Shown here in pieces: positions 27,206 through 36,465 of a stretch of DNA of 45,705 bases. The DNA comes from Thermoproteota archaeon (GTDB lineage Archaea; Korarchaeota; Korarchaeia; Korarchaeales; Korarchaeaceae): contig JAOZFN010000002.1 of NCBI GenBank assembly GCA_027492205.1, positions 1 through 45,705 on the forward strand, written 5' to 3'. The position numbers were made by a program, and so were the translations under genes. Each line of letters begins with the position of its first letter. The stretch's first letter is position 1. The notes under the pieces are model-generated. The model was given only the letters and a program-made list of their open reading frames with translations, did not search any database and was not told where the DNA came from.

Positions 27206-28270
27206 GTGATGGAGCGCACCTGGGTGGACCTGCTCATCTCTCAGATGTACAGGCACGCCTCCGCGCGGCCACTGGGGCCCCCCTCTTCCGACGGCCAGGC
27301 GGCCGTCCTCGAGCTGAAGGTCCGCGGCAGGCCCATCCGGGTCCTCGTGGCGGTGTACGACGGACCCGACGAGCCATCCCACCTACCGAGGTGGATCGAC
27401 AGGCTCGTGTCGGAATACCTCGGAGGTTGGGCCGAGCTGAGGAGGATCGGAGTCACGAGGATAGACCTCTGGATCCCCCACGGGCTCTTGGACGCCTTCC
27501 AGTCCGGTGCCCCGGAGTCCGTTAGGGGGATCTCGATAGCCCTGAGAGACATACAGGACCTCCAGCTGCCGATGGAGGATGTCGAGACCGCGACCCGCTC
27601 GGTGATCGAGGCCGTCGGAGAGGTGGACGTCGGGGAGCTCGGGCCACCCGGGTCGGAGGGAGCGGAGGTCGGCGCGGTCGCTACATCCCGCGGCTCCGCC
27701 GGGAGGGCACGCGCCAGAGCTGAGCTGGAGCTCGAGTCCAGGGGCAGCAGGCTCGAGGAGCTGATCGAGGAACTCCTGGCTGAGCTGAGGGCCGGCGGGA
27801 GGGTCGAGCGCGACGACGCCAAGATAGCAGAGCTTGAGGAGGCCCTTCGCGAACTCTCACGCGAGGTCAAGGAGCTGAAGAGCTCGAGGGGAGGCGAGTC
27901 GAGGAGGATCGAGTCGCTGGAGAAGAGGGTCGACGAGCTGTCGAGGTCCATAGACATGCTGCTGATGCTGGTCAAGTTCCTGACCTCAGGCGCCACGGTC
28001 TCGCCGCCGTCTTGGCCCACTCCGCCGCCCCCAACCCGCGGGCCTGCGGGGCTGGAGGGGGGGTCAAAGACGCCTCGGCCGGCCGGGGCGCCGGGCGCGC
28101 CCGAGCCGCGGGAGACCGAAACCGTTAAGGACATCAAGCCGCGTCCGGCCCCGGAGACCCGCCCCGCCCCGGGGGAGGGTGCCTCCCTCGAACTCCTAGA
28201 GGAGTTCGCGAGGGACAACCCCTGGGCCGACGTCCTCTCGAAGAAGGGTGTGAAGGGAAATGAGGGTTAG
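27206..28270 (+). CDS. Hypothetical coiled-coil protein inserted between rps11 and rpoD
   Basis: Host codon bias; own TTAAATA at 27165; coiled coil, Pro-rich linker, DNPWADVL tail; overlaps the rpoD start. Confidence 0.75.
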   Translation: MMERTWVDLLISQMYRHASARPLGPPSSDGQAAVLELKVRGRPIRVLVAVYDGPDEPSHLPRWIDRLVSEYLGGWAELRRIGVTRIDLWIPHGLLDAFQSGAPESVRGISIALRDIQDLQLPMEDVETATRSVIEAVGEVDVGELGPPGSEGAEVGAVATSRGSAGRARARAELELESRGSRLEELIEELLAELRAGGRVERDDAKIAELEEALRELSREVKELKSSRGGESRRIESLEKRVDELSRSIDMLLMLVKFLTSGATVSPPSWPTPPPPTRGPAGLEGGSKTPRPAGAPGAPEPRETETVKDIKPRPAPETRPAPGEGASLELLEEFARDNPWADVLSKKGVKGNEG

Positions 28271-29060
28271 GATAGTGGACTACGATCCCCCGTCCGTGAG
28301 GATCGTTGTCGAGGACGCGAACCCGTCCTACGCCAACGCGCTCAGGCGGGCCCTCCTGTCCGAGGTGCCCGTGATGGCGGTGGACGAGGTGATCTTCTAC
28401 GCCAACACGACGGCGTTCCTCGACGAGGAGATAGCCCACAGGCTGGCGATGGTCCCCATAAGGACGGACCTCAAGACCTACTCCATCGGGGACGGGGCGG
28501 TCGTCACGCTGAAGCTGGACAGGACGGCCTCGGAGGATGTGGAGATGGTCTACGCCGGCGAACTAGAGCCCTCCGACCCGGTGATAGTCCCGGTGAGGCC
28601 GAAGATCCCGCTGGTGAAGATGGCCAAGGGGGACAGGCTCAGGTTCGACGCCATCGTCAGGATGGGCAAGGGCAAGTGGCACGCAAAGTGGCAGGCCGTG
28701 AGCGGCCTCGGCTACTCCTACTACCCCATCTACAGCCTCGCCCCAGAGGCGGCGGAGAGGTGCGCCGACGCCCTCAGGTCGTGCCCCGAGGGGGCGGTGG
28801 AGAGGGAGGAGGACGGCTCGGTGATCGTGAGGGACTACCTCTCCTGCAGGGGACTGGAGGGGTGCATCGACGAGATAAGGAGGGAGAGGCCGGAGCTAGT
28901 CAGGATCGTCGAGTGGGACGACACGCGCTTCATAATCAAGTTCGAGTCCACCGGCGCGCTGACAGTGCCCGAGATACTCAGGGCGGCGGTCGACGAGCTG
29001 CTGAAGAAGTTCGACAGGTTCGAGCAGGAGCTCAAGGCGGCCGTCGAGGGGTCGGCCTGA
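28260..29060 (+). CDS. rpoD: RNA polymerase subunit D (Rpo3)
   Basis: ANALRRALLSEVP, DEEIAHRLAMVP, GKGKWHAKWQ, FESTGAL. Confidence 0.95.
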   Translation: MRVRIVDYDPPSVRIVVEDANPSYANALRRALLSEVPVMAVDEVIFYANTTAFLDEEIAHRLAMVPIRTDLKTYSIGDGAVVTLKLDRTASEDVEMVYAGELEPSDPVIVPVRPKIPLVKMAKGDRLRFDAIVRMGKGKWHAKWQAVSGLGYSYYPIYSLAPEAAERCADALRSCPEGAVEREEDGSVIVRDYLSCRGLEGCIDEIRRERPELVRIVEWDDTRFIIKFESTGALTVPEILRAAVDELLKKFDRFEQELKAAVEGSA

Positions 29061-29108
29061 GTCGGCCGTTAGACTTTTTATCGCGGACCCACCCACTCTT
29101 CGGCGCGG

Positions 29109-29197
29109 GCGGGGGTAGCCAAGCCTGGTCCAAGGCGCCCGCTTGAGGGGCGGGTGGGCGTAGGCCCGCGTGGGTTCAAATCCCACCCCCCGCACCA
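29109..29197 (+). tRNA. tRNA-Leu(GAG)
   Basis: GCGGGGG acceptor; anticodon arm CCCGC-TTGAGGG-GCGGG; long variable arm; A discriminator plus CCA. Confidence 0.9.
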
Positions 29198-29476
29198 CCC
29201 AAATCTCCCCATTCTGGTTTGCCGCCGATCGCGGAGCGCCCGGGGGCACTCCGTCATCGCTCGGACCGGCGACGGCCCCAAGGCAGAAGGGATAGAAAAT
29301 CAGACGGCCTAGTTCAGCCCACCTCGGCCGGCCAGATCTTCCAAAGAGGCCTCAGATCGTCTCAGCCGTTCGAGGATCTTTCAATTCGCCTTGGACTGGT
29401 ACTCTGGCTCCACCCCACCCAGGAGGCCACGTTTATTAACGCAGGTGGGCAGCGTGCCCGGAAGGTGCGAGCCGAT

Positions 29477-29842
29477 ATGCCGAGGCCAACGGGCCCAACG
29501 AACCCCCAGACCATACGGACGATCAACGCCCTAGAGAGAGCCTCGAGGCTCGCCGGCTCTCGGATATGGGCCGACGTGGCTGAGAGGCTGAGGAAGCCCA
29601 CCAGGAGAAGGATAGAGGTGAACCTTTGGAAGATAGACAAGTACACCGGTCCCGGCGACGTCGTCGTGGTTCCCGGCAAGGTGCTGGGCGAGGGGAGGAT
29701 AACTAAGTCGGTGACCGTTGCGGCGCTGTCCTTCTCCGAGTCCGCCAGGAGAAAGATCTCCGAGGCCGGCGGGAAGGCTGTGTCACTCGTGGAGCTTGCT
29801 CAGGAGAACCCCAAGGGGTCGGGGGTCAAGATACTGGCGTGA
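29477..29842 (+). CDS. rpl18e: 50S ribosomal protein L18e
   Basis: TGPTNP, IWADVAERL, VVVVPGKVLG, NPKGSGV. Confidence 0.95.
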   Translation: MPRPTGPTNPQTIRTINALERASRLAGSRIWADVAERLRKPTRRRIEVNLWKIDKYTGPGDVVVVPGKVLGEGRITKSVTVAALSFSESARRKISEAGGKAVSLVELAQENPKGSGVKILA

Positions 29843-29846
29843 GGTG

Positions 29847-30314
29847 ATGGGCTTGACCAACTTCGACGTAGTCGTCGACGCCGATGGGAAGATCCTCGGC
29901 AGGATGGCCAGCTACGTGGCCAAGCAGCTCCTCCAGGGTAGGAGGGTGGCCATAGTCAACGCGGAGAGGGCGGTCATAACGGGCAACCCGTCCACGGTCC
30001 TCTCCAAGTACCTGAAGAGGATGGCAATCCAGGGCAAGCCCAAGCCAGAGAGGGGCCCGGTTCAGCCTCGGACTCCTGACAGGATCGTCTGGCGGACCGT
30101 CCGTGGCATGCTGCCCATGAAGAAGGCCAAGGGCAGGGAGGCCCTCCGGAGGCTGAGGGTCTACATCGGCGTCCCGCCGGAGCTGAAGAATGCCCAGCCG
30201 GTCGAGCTAGGCGAGAAGTACACCGTCGAGCACCTGAGGCCCAAGCCGGGCGTCAAGAGCGTCACGGTCCTGTGGCTCGCGAAGCAGCTGGGCTGGGGGG
30301 GTGAGGTGGCATGA
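29847..30314 (+). CDS. rpl13: 50S ribosomal protein L13
   Basis: DADGKILGRMASYVAKQLL, RTVRGMLP, RLRVYIGVP. Confidence 0.95.
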   Translation: MGLTNFDVVVDADGKILGRMASYVAKQLLQGRRVAIVNAERAVITGNPSTVLSKYLKRMAIQGKPKPERGPVQPRTPDRIVWRTVRGMLPMKKAKGREALRRLRVYIGVPPELKNAQPVELGEKYTVEHLRPKPGVKSVTVLWLAKQLGWGGEVA

Positions 30315-30745
30315 GCGGGCAGGCTCAGCAGAAGGTGGGAGAGGTCCTGGCGCACGCCTCCGCCTCCCGAAAGACCGCCAGGGCCTTCGCGGTCATCAGG
30401 AGGGGCAGCGGGAGGCTGTACATCAACGGCTTCCCGGTGGAGGTGTACGCCCCCAACGAGTTCGTGAGGATGAAGATCCTCGAGCCGCTCTGGCTTGCAG
30501 GGGAGGAGGTCTATGGGAGCCTGGACGTCTTCGTCAGGGTGAGGGGAGGCGGGTTCATGGCCCAGGCCGACGCCGCCAGGATGGCCATAGGGAGGGCCCT
30601 CGTCAGGTACACCGGGTCCAAGCGCCTGGAGGAGCTCTACAGGGAGTACGACAGGACGATCCTCGCGGGCGACCCCAGGCAGAGGGAACCCAAGAAGTTC
30701 GGAGGGAGGCGCGCCAGGGCCAGGTTCCAGAAGTCCTACAGGTGA
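30311..30745 (+). CDS. rps9: 30S ribosomal protein S9
   Basis: RKTARA, GGGFMAQADA, EPKKFGGRRARARFQKSYR. Confidence 0.96.
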   Translation: MSGQAQQKVGEVLAHASASRKTARAFAVIRRGSGRLYINGFPVEVYAPNEFVRMKILEPLWLAGEEVYGSLDVFVRVRGGGFMAQADAARMAIGRALVRYTGSKRLEELYREYDRTILAGDPRQREPKKFGGRRARARFQKSYR

Positions 30746-30785
30746 GCTTTTAATCGGAGCCCCCGGGGCCAGCCTGGTGAGCTAG

Positions 30786-31193
30786 ATGGGAGTTACTCAC
30801 GGTTCCGCCGGCGACCTCAAGAAGGGCAGCTACGTCGTCATCAACGGTGAGCCGTGCGTCGTCCTCACCGTTGCGAAGTCCAAGCCAGGGAAGCACGGCG
30901 CCGCGAAGGTGAGGGTCGAGGCCAGGGGGCTGTTCGATGGAACCCGGAGGTCCAAGATCTTCCCGGCGGACGCGGACGTCGAGATCCCCATAATCTCCAA
31001 GAGGTCCGCCCAGGTCCTGGCGGTCATGGGCGACACGATACAGCTTATGGACCTCGAGACCTACGAGACCTTCGAACTCCCCATGTCCGCGGTAGACGAG
31101 GAGGAGCGGTCCAAGGTCGAGTCCGGGGCAGAGGTGGAGTACTGGGAGGCTCTGGGTAAGAAGAAGGTGATGAAGGTCAAGGGCCCGAGCTGA
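30786..31193 (+). CDS. eif5a: Translation factor aIF5A
   Basis: Hypusine motif SKPGKHGAAK; QLMDLETYETF. Confidence 0.95.
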   Translation: MGVTHGSAGDLKKGSYVVINGEPCVVLTVAKSKPGKHGAAKVRVEARGLFDGTRRSKIFPADADVEIPIISKRSAQVLAVMGDTIQLMDLETYETFELPMSAVDEEERSKVESGAEVEYWEALGKKKVMKVKGPS

Positions 31194-31234
31194 GGTTTCA
31201 GAGCTTTTGGCGCCCCCGGGAGAGTACGGCAGAG

Positions 31235-32503
31235 TTGCCCAGGCTCGCAGCCGAGAAGAGGTCGCTGGAGAGGTTCCTCGGCCTACTCTTGGAGAGGGAG
31301 GTCTGCCCCTACTGCGCCGGCAGCCTCCTCTCATCCCTCGACAGGAGGGTCAGCTCTTGGATACTGGGGCACGCCGTTCTGGCGCTCGAGGCTGAGGCCG
31401 GAGGGGAGAGGGGGAAGAAGGCCTCCTCCGGACTACGGGGTTCCTGCTTCGTCTGCGGGGGCGAGGTGCCCTCGGCGCTCCCCGAGCTGGTCTCCGACCT
31501 GCTGCAGGGGCTGTCGGAGTACGAGTTCGAGACCTTCAAGGGAGGCGCAGTCCTCCCGCCGCACGTCCACGAGGCGCACGACGAGGTCAGGGCCAGCCTT
31601 GGGATCTGGACAGCCGAGTCCCCCAAGGTCACCCTCTCCCGGCTGGCGGACGACGTCGTCTCCACGGTCACGGGAGCCAGGATAGATCCCGTGAGGCCCG
31701 ACTTGGTCGGCCTGCTGGACCTCTGGAGGGGAGAGGTGAGAATCACGGTAAACCCCGTCTACCTGGCCGGGAGGTACCTGAAGCTGGCCAGGGGGATATC
31801 TCAGGCCAGGTGGCTCTGCCCCAGCTGCGGGGGCAGGGGATGCGAGGAGTGCGGCTGGACGGGGTACAGGTATGCCGACTCTGTGGAGGCCCTCATAGGA
31901 GAGGTCGCCAAGAGGGCCTTTCAAGCGGAGGACTACCACATCCACGCGGCCGGGAGGGAGGACGTGGACGCCAGGATGCTGGGCACCGGCAGGCCCTTCG
32001 TCCTAGAGGTCGTCAGGCCGAGGAAGAGGAGGGTGGACCTGGCGGAACTCCAGGAGGAGATCAACAGGTCCGCCGAGGGGAAGGTCGCCGTGGTGGGGCT
32101 GAGGTACGCGGAGCCCTCGCTCATCAGGACCCTGAAGGAGGGCGCCCCCGAGACGCGGAAGGTCTACAGGGCGCTGGTGGAGGTCGAGGGCGGCGTGACC
32201 GACGACGAGCTCAAGAGACTCGAGGCCGAGCTGGAGGGCGCCACGATAGACCAGAGGACCCCCACGAGGGTGCTCAGGCGCAGGAGCGACCTGCTCAGGC
32301 GAAAGAGGGTCTACGGGGTGGCGACTCGCAGGATCGACGATCGGACCTTCGAGATGATCGTCGAGTGTGACGGCGGCCTGTACGTGAAGGAACTGGTCTC
32401 GGGGGACGAGGGAAGGACCAGGCCGAGCGTCGCCTCGATACTGGGGAAAAAAGCTTTTTGTAGGGAGCTCGACGTAATGGCCGTGCTGACCCCGAGGGCT
32501 TGA
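31235..32503 (+). CDS. pus10: tRNA pseudouridine(54/55) synthase Pus10
   Basis: GRYLKLARGISQARW, HAAGREDVDARMLGTGRPF, QRTPTRV, GLYVKELVSGDEGRT. Confidence 0.93.
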   Translation: MPRLAAEKRSLERFLGLLLEREVCPYCAGSLLSSLDRRVSSWILGHAVLALEAEAGGERGKKASSGLRGSCFVCGGEVPSALPELVSDLLQGLSEYEFETFKGGAVLPPHVHEAHDEVRASLGIWTAESPKVTLSRLADDVVSTVTGARIDPVRPDLVGLLDLWRGEVRITVNPVYLAGRYLKLARGISQARWLCPSCGGRGCEECGWTGYRYADSVEALIGEVAKRAFQAEDYHIHAAGREDVDARMLGTGRPFVLEVVRPRKRRVDLAELQEEINRSAEGKVAVVGLRYAEPSLIRTLKEGAPETRKVYRALVEVEGGVTDDELKRLEAELEGATIDQRTPTRVLRRRSDLLRRKRVYGVATRRIDDRTFEMIVECDGGLYVKELVSGDEGRTRPSVASILGKKAFCRELDVMAVLTPRA

Positions 32504-32525
32504 GCTGGATGGAAGGTGATTTGAA

Positions 32526-32843
32526 TTGACGAGAAAGTCGAAGGGATACCTACACGGGTCCAGGGACTTCCTGCGGAAGAGTCCCAGAGAGAGAGGACTG
32601 CCTCCGCTGTCGAGGTTCTTCCAGGAGTTCAAGGTGGGCCAGAAGGTGGTCATAGACGTGGTGCCGTCCGAGAGGGAGGGCATACCGCACAGGAGGTACC
32701 AGGGGAAGGTCGGCGTGGTCGTGGGGAAGAGGGGCAGGGCCTACCTCGTCGACGTGAGGGTGGGGGGCAAGGTCAAGCACCTGATAGTGCCGCCCGTTCA
32801 CCTGAAGCCACACTCCGAGCCCGCCCCGGGTTCGGGAGGATGA
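32526..32843 (+). CDS. rpl21e: 50S ribosomal protein L21e
   Basis: SKGY, PHRRYQGKVG, PVHLKP. Confidence 0.93.
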   Translation: MTRKSKGYLHGSRDFLRKSPRERGLPPLSRFFQEFKVGQKVVIDVVPSEREGIPHRRYQGKVGVVVGKRGRAYLVDVRVGGKVKHLIVPPVHLKPHSEPAPGSGG

Positions 32844-32849
32844 GGCGGC

Positions 32850-33317
32850 TTGGAGAAGAAGCCGCTGACGCTCGCCGAGGTCAGGGACCTCATATTCGAG
32901 AGGTGGGCCAGGGACCAGTCTGCCCTAACCCCGGACCAGAGGAGGCTCTTCGAGTACCTGGCGAAGTTCACGAAGGTCAGGGACCCTAAGGCCGCCAGGA
33001 GGGCGGTCGAGGTCCTGATGAGCGAGTTTGACCTGTCGGAGGAGGACGCGATCCAGCTGGTCAACGTGCTCCCCAGGACGCCTGACGAGCTCAGGCCCTT
33101 CCTCTTCCGCTCCTACCCGCTCCTGGACGAGAAGGCTTACAGGGGCATTCTCGAGGTGCTGGAGGGTCTGGAGGAGGGCGAGGCGATGGTGGAGGCGAAG
33201 GCCGAGACTGAGGCCGGGGGGGCTGGAGAGGAGGGGGTCCAGGCCCAGCCTGAGGCGGCCCAGGCGGAGGGCGAGGAGGCGCGGGAAAGCCCGGAGGAGG
33301 GGGAGGATTCCGAGTAG
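32850..33317 (+). CDS. rpoF: RNA polymerase subunit F (Rpo4) with an acidic tail
   Basis: LTLAEV, EYLAKF, QLVNVLPRTPDELR; conserved position between L21e and DUF655. Confidence 0.85.
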   Translation: MEKKPLTLAEVRDLIFERWARDQSALTPDQRRLFEYLAKFTKVRDPKAARRAVEVLMSEFDLSEEDAIQLVNVLPRTPDELRPFLFRSYPLLDEKAYRGILEVLEGLEEGEAMVEAKAETEAGGAGEEGVQAQPEAAQAEGEEARESPEEGEDSE

Positions 33318-33327
33318 GCCGCCCGAG

Positions 33328-33912
33328 GTGTCCGACTTGTGGAGGTACGTTCCGGGTAGGAGGAAGCCGCACGACAGCTGGGCCTACGTGCTCGACGTTT
33401 ACGGGGAGCCTTCAAGGAGGGCCCAGGTCCTCGGGGACAGGTACTTCATCCTGATGGAGTTCGCGGTGAGGCCGGGCGTCCAGGTGGAGCCCGGGATGAA
33501 GGTCTACGTCGGGAAGGGCCAGAGGGACCACGTCAGCAGGTTCCTTAGGTACCTCTCCTACCCGGAGCTCAGGGGGCCCGCCCAGGGGCGCCTCGAGGAC
33601 ACGGTGAGGAGCGCCGTGGTGGAGGGGGAGGAGTTCTTCGTTCAGTTCTTCAACGAGGCCCGTCCCGTCACTACCCGCCTCCACCAGCTGGAACTCCTGC
33701 CGGGGGTCGGGAAGAAGCTGATGCTGAAGATCCTGGAGGAGAGGAGGAAGAGGCCCTTCAAGTCGTTCTCGGACGTGGAGGAGAGGACCGGCCTGAGAGA
33801 CCCTCCCGGGGCGATCAGGGACAGGGTGATGGAGGAGCTCACCGGAGACGAGAGGTACCTCGTCTTCGTGGCCCACAAGAGGATATTCGAGGAGGGCGAG
33901 CTGCTGGTCTGA
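33328..33912 (+). CDS. DUF655 family RNA-binding protein
   Basis: AYVLD, AQVLGDRYFILME, FFNEARPVTTRLHQLELLPGVGKK. Confidence 0.9.
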   Translation: MSDLWRYVPGRRKPHDSWAYVLDVYGEPSRRAQVLGDRYFILMEFAVRPGVQVEPGMKVYVGKGQRDHVSRFLRYLSYPELRGPAQGRLEDTVRSAVVEGEEFFVQFFNEARPVTTRLHQLELLPGVGKKLMLKILEERRKRPFKSFSDVEERTGLRDPPGAIRDRVMEELTGDERYLVFVAHKRIFEEGELLV

Positions 33913-33980
33913 GTGAACCACCTCGCTTTATTTCTGGAGACCCCTCGCGTAACCCTGAAGGTGGAGAGTGAAGTAGTGGT

Positions 33981-35573
33981 ATGGGCGGAGCCGTGAGTTC
34001 CTACGTGATAGACGAGCAGGTGCTCATTCAGGGCCTCCTGAGGGATGAGAGGCTCTGGAGCAGGGTGAGGGGGGCGAAGATAATTGTCCCCAAGGGCCTA
34101 GTCAGGTGGCTCGAGAGGGGCGCCTCTCGGGGCGACAGGACCCACCTGGCGGCGCTGGCCGAGCTGGCCAGGCTCAGGGAGCTGGAGAAGGCCGGCGAGA
34201 TATCCGCCCTGGAGCTGGCGGAGCACGCCAAGGGCGGGGTGGACGCTCTGGAGGAGCTTGCCAAGCCTCACGGGGCCACGGTCCTGACCGGGGACTCGAT
34301 AAGGGCGGTCTCCCTGAGGCTGAGGGGGGTAAGGGTCGAGTACGTCGGTCCCAAAGGGGACAGGCTCGCCATAGAGGAGTTCTTCACGGAGGACACCATG
34401 AGCGTCCACCTCAAGGAGGGCGCCCCGCCGATGGCCAAGAGGGGCAGGCCCGGGGAGTTCAGGCTCGTGAAGCTGAGGGAAGAGCCGCTCACCACGCAGG
34501 AGCTCCAGAAGATGGCCTACGAGGTCATCGAGCTCGCCAAGATAGACCCGGGCGCCTTCGTGGAGGTCAGGAAGAAGGGGGCCTACGTGATCCAGTTCGG
34601 GGAGTACAGGGTGCTGGTGGCCCTTCCCCCGTTCTCCGACGGGATCGAGATCACGGCCGTCAGGCCGGTGGTGAGGGTCACTCTGGACGACTACGAGCTG
34701 AGCGAGAGGCTCAAGGAGAGGCTCGCGGAGAGGGCGGAGGGCGTGGTCATAGCCGGCCCCCCGGGGGCCGGGAAGACGACGTTCGCCAGCGCCTTGGCGG
34801 ATTTCTACAGGTCGCTGGGGAAGATAGTGAAGACCCTGGAGTCGCCCAGGGACCTCATGGTCGGCCCCGAGATCACCCAGTACGGCAAGCTCGGCCCGAG
34901 CTTCGAGGGCACGGCCGACCTGCTCCTCCTGGTCCGGCCGGACTACGTCATCTTCGACGAGATGAGGAAGACCGACGACTTCAACGTGTTCACGGACATG
35001 AGGCTCGCGGGCATAGGCATGGTCGGCGTGGTCCACTGCGGGGCGCCGATCGAGGCGGTGCAGAGGTTCATCGGTCGGGTGGACCTGGGCCTGCTCCCGC
35101 ACGTGGTCGACACGGTGATCTTCATCAGGGACGGCAGGGTCGTGAAGGTCTACAGCCTGAGGATAACCGTGAAGCTCCCGACGGGCATGCAGGACACCTC
35201 TCTCGCCAGGCCCGTCGTGCTGGTCAGCGACTTCGAGACGGGCGTGCCGGAGTACGAGATCTACACCTTCGGCGACGAGGTCGTGGTGATGCCCCTGAGG
35301 CCCGGCGCCGCCGCGAGGGCCAGGGCCAGGCGCGAGAGGGCGGAGGAGAGCCTCAGGTACAGGCTCATCAGGAGGAAGCACACCGTGGTGCTCGACCTGG
35401 GCCCGGAGAGGGCGGACCAGGAGGTCATCATAACGGTGGACGGCAGGGAGTTCGTCAGGCTCACCACCGACTCCAGGGGGAGGATAACCCTGGCCAGGAA
35501 CAGCCCGGCCGGGAGGAGGATACTCGAGGCGGCCCGGAGGGACAGGCTGGGCGTCCTGCCGAGCGAGGAGTGA
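33981..35573 (+). CDS. PIN-domain ATPase (PINA family)
   Basis: N-terminal PIN-like domain, TMSVHLKEG, GPPGAGKTTF, RPDYVIFDEMR, DMRLAGIGMVGVVH, YEIYTFGDEVVV. Confidence 0.9.
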   Translation: MGGAVSSYVIDEQVLIQGLLRDERLWSRVRGAKIIVPKGLVRWLERGASRGDRTHLAALAELARLRELEKAGEISALELAEHAKGGVDALEELAKPHGATVLTGDSIRAVSLRLRGVRVEYVGPKGDRLAIEEFFTEDTMSVHLKEGAPPMAKRGRPGEFRLVKLREEPLTTQELQKMAYEVIELAKIDPGAFVEVRKKGAYVIQFGEYRVLVALPPFSDGIEITAVRPVVRVTLDDYELSERLKERLAERAEGVVIAGPPGAGKTTFASALADFYRSLGKIVKTLESPRDLMVGPEITQYGKLGPSFEGTADLLLLVRPDYVIFDEMRKTDDFNVFTDMRLAGIGMVGVVHCGAPIEAVQRFIGRVDLGLLPHVVDTVIFIRDGRVVKVYSLRITVKLPTGMQDTSLARPVVLVSDFETGVPEYEIYTFGDEVVVMPLRPGAAARARARRERAEESLRYRLIRRKHTVVLDLGPERADQEVIITVDGREFVRLTTDSRGRITLARNSPAGRRILEAARRDRLGVLPSEE

Positions 35574-35591
35574 TCCTCTCCCAGCCCCACG

Positions 35592-36152
35592 TCACGCGGG
35601 CCGGTTTCCCGATATCGAGCGCATGCGGGCCTCGAACCCCACCTCGTCGAGGAACTGGGCCACCGGCCTGGGCACGAGCTGCCTCCAGAGACGGTCCCCC
35701 TTGGCGGCCATCTCCCTGATGTGGGTGGCCTGGAAGAGGTCCCTCCTGTAGAAGGGGATGGGCCTGACCTCTATCCCCACCCTCGAGAGGTCCTCCTGGG
35801 TCTCCCTGTCGTTTGAGAATGCCACGTCCACCCTCGGCACCCTGTCCAGCACTATCCGGCCCCAGTCCTCCTCCGGCGACTCCGTGTCCGGGATGGGGGA
35901 GAAGTAGAACTTGCCGAGGGGGAGCCCCTCGGCCCTCAGGGTCCTGACGATCATCTCGTAACGCTCGTCCACCGTCAGGGGGTTCCTGAGGGTGAAGGCT
36001 ATCTGAGAGGAGCCGAGCCCGATGACTATCTCATCAGCGTGCTTCATGGCGTACCTTATCGCGTGCAGGTGCCCGAAGTGGAAGGGCTGGAACCTCCCCA
36101 CCACAAGGGCCCTGGAGGGCCTCGCGCGGCTCACGCGCCTCGCGCGCGACAC
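35592..36152 (-). CDS. nadM: Nicotinamide-nucleotide adenylyltransferase
   Basis: VGRFQPFHFGH, GSSQ, NPLTVDERYEMI, ATHIRE, WRQLVP. Confidence 0.9.
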   Translation of the reverse strand: MSRARRVSRARPSRALVVGRFQPFHFGHLHAIRYAMKHADEIVIGLGSSQIAFTLRNPLTVDERYEMIVRTLRAEGLPLGKFYFSPIPDTESPEEDWGRIVLDRVPRVDVAFSNDRETQEDLSRVGIEVRPIPFYRRDLFQATHIREMAAKGDRLWRQLVPRPVAQFLDEVGFEARMRSISGNRPA

Positions 36153-36465
36153 CGACCGTTTAATCCTTTTCCACGGCCGCCCAGCCCCAGGCGGCGGGGG
36201 CAGGGCCGCCCGACTACAGGTCTTCTTCAGGACTGGAGGCGAGCCTTAGGGAAGAAAACTGGCCGCTTGGGCAAAGGACAACGTCGGAGGGCTTCCCTCC
36301 TCCCCCTCGTTGTTTCGCGAAATGTTTGTTTCACGACGCGGGGTCGGCGGCCCCGAGGCTGGGGACGGCGGAGTTTGAGTACCCAACCGATTCCCACCAG
36401 CCAGGTCGGCCCAGAAGATCGGTCGACGCCCCCGACGCGTTACCCTGGGAGGGCACCCGAAGCCT

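Noticed and set aside
29109-29197. tRNA-Ser(UGA) or tRNA-Sec reading of the TTGAGGG loop
   Set aside because: The 7-nt loop centres on GAG, and the A discriminator and GCG acceptor fit Leu
36170-36465. SRP RNA or RNase P RNA in the long intergenic spacers (also 25201-25540 and 29200-29470)
   Set aside because: I could not find the SRP helix-8 motif or the RNase P GAGGAAAGUCC-type motif on either strand
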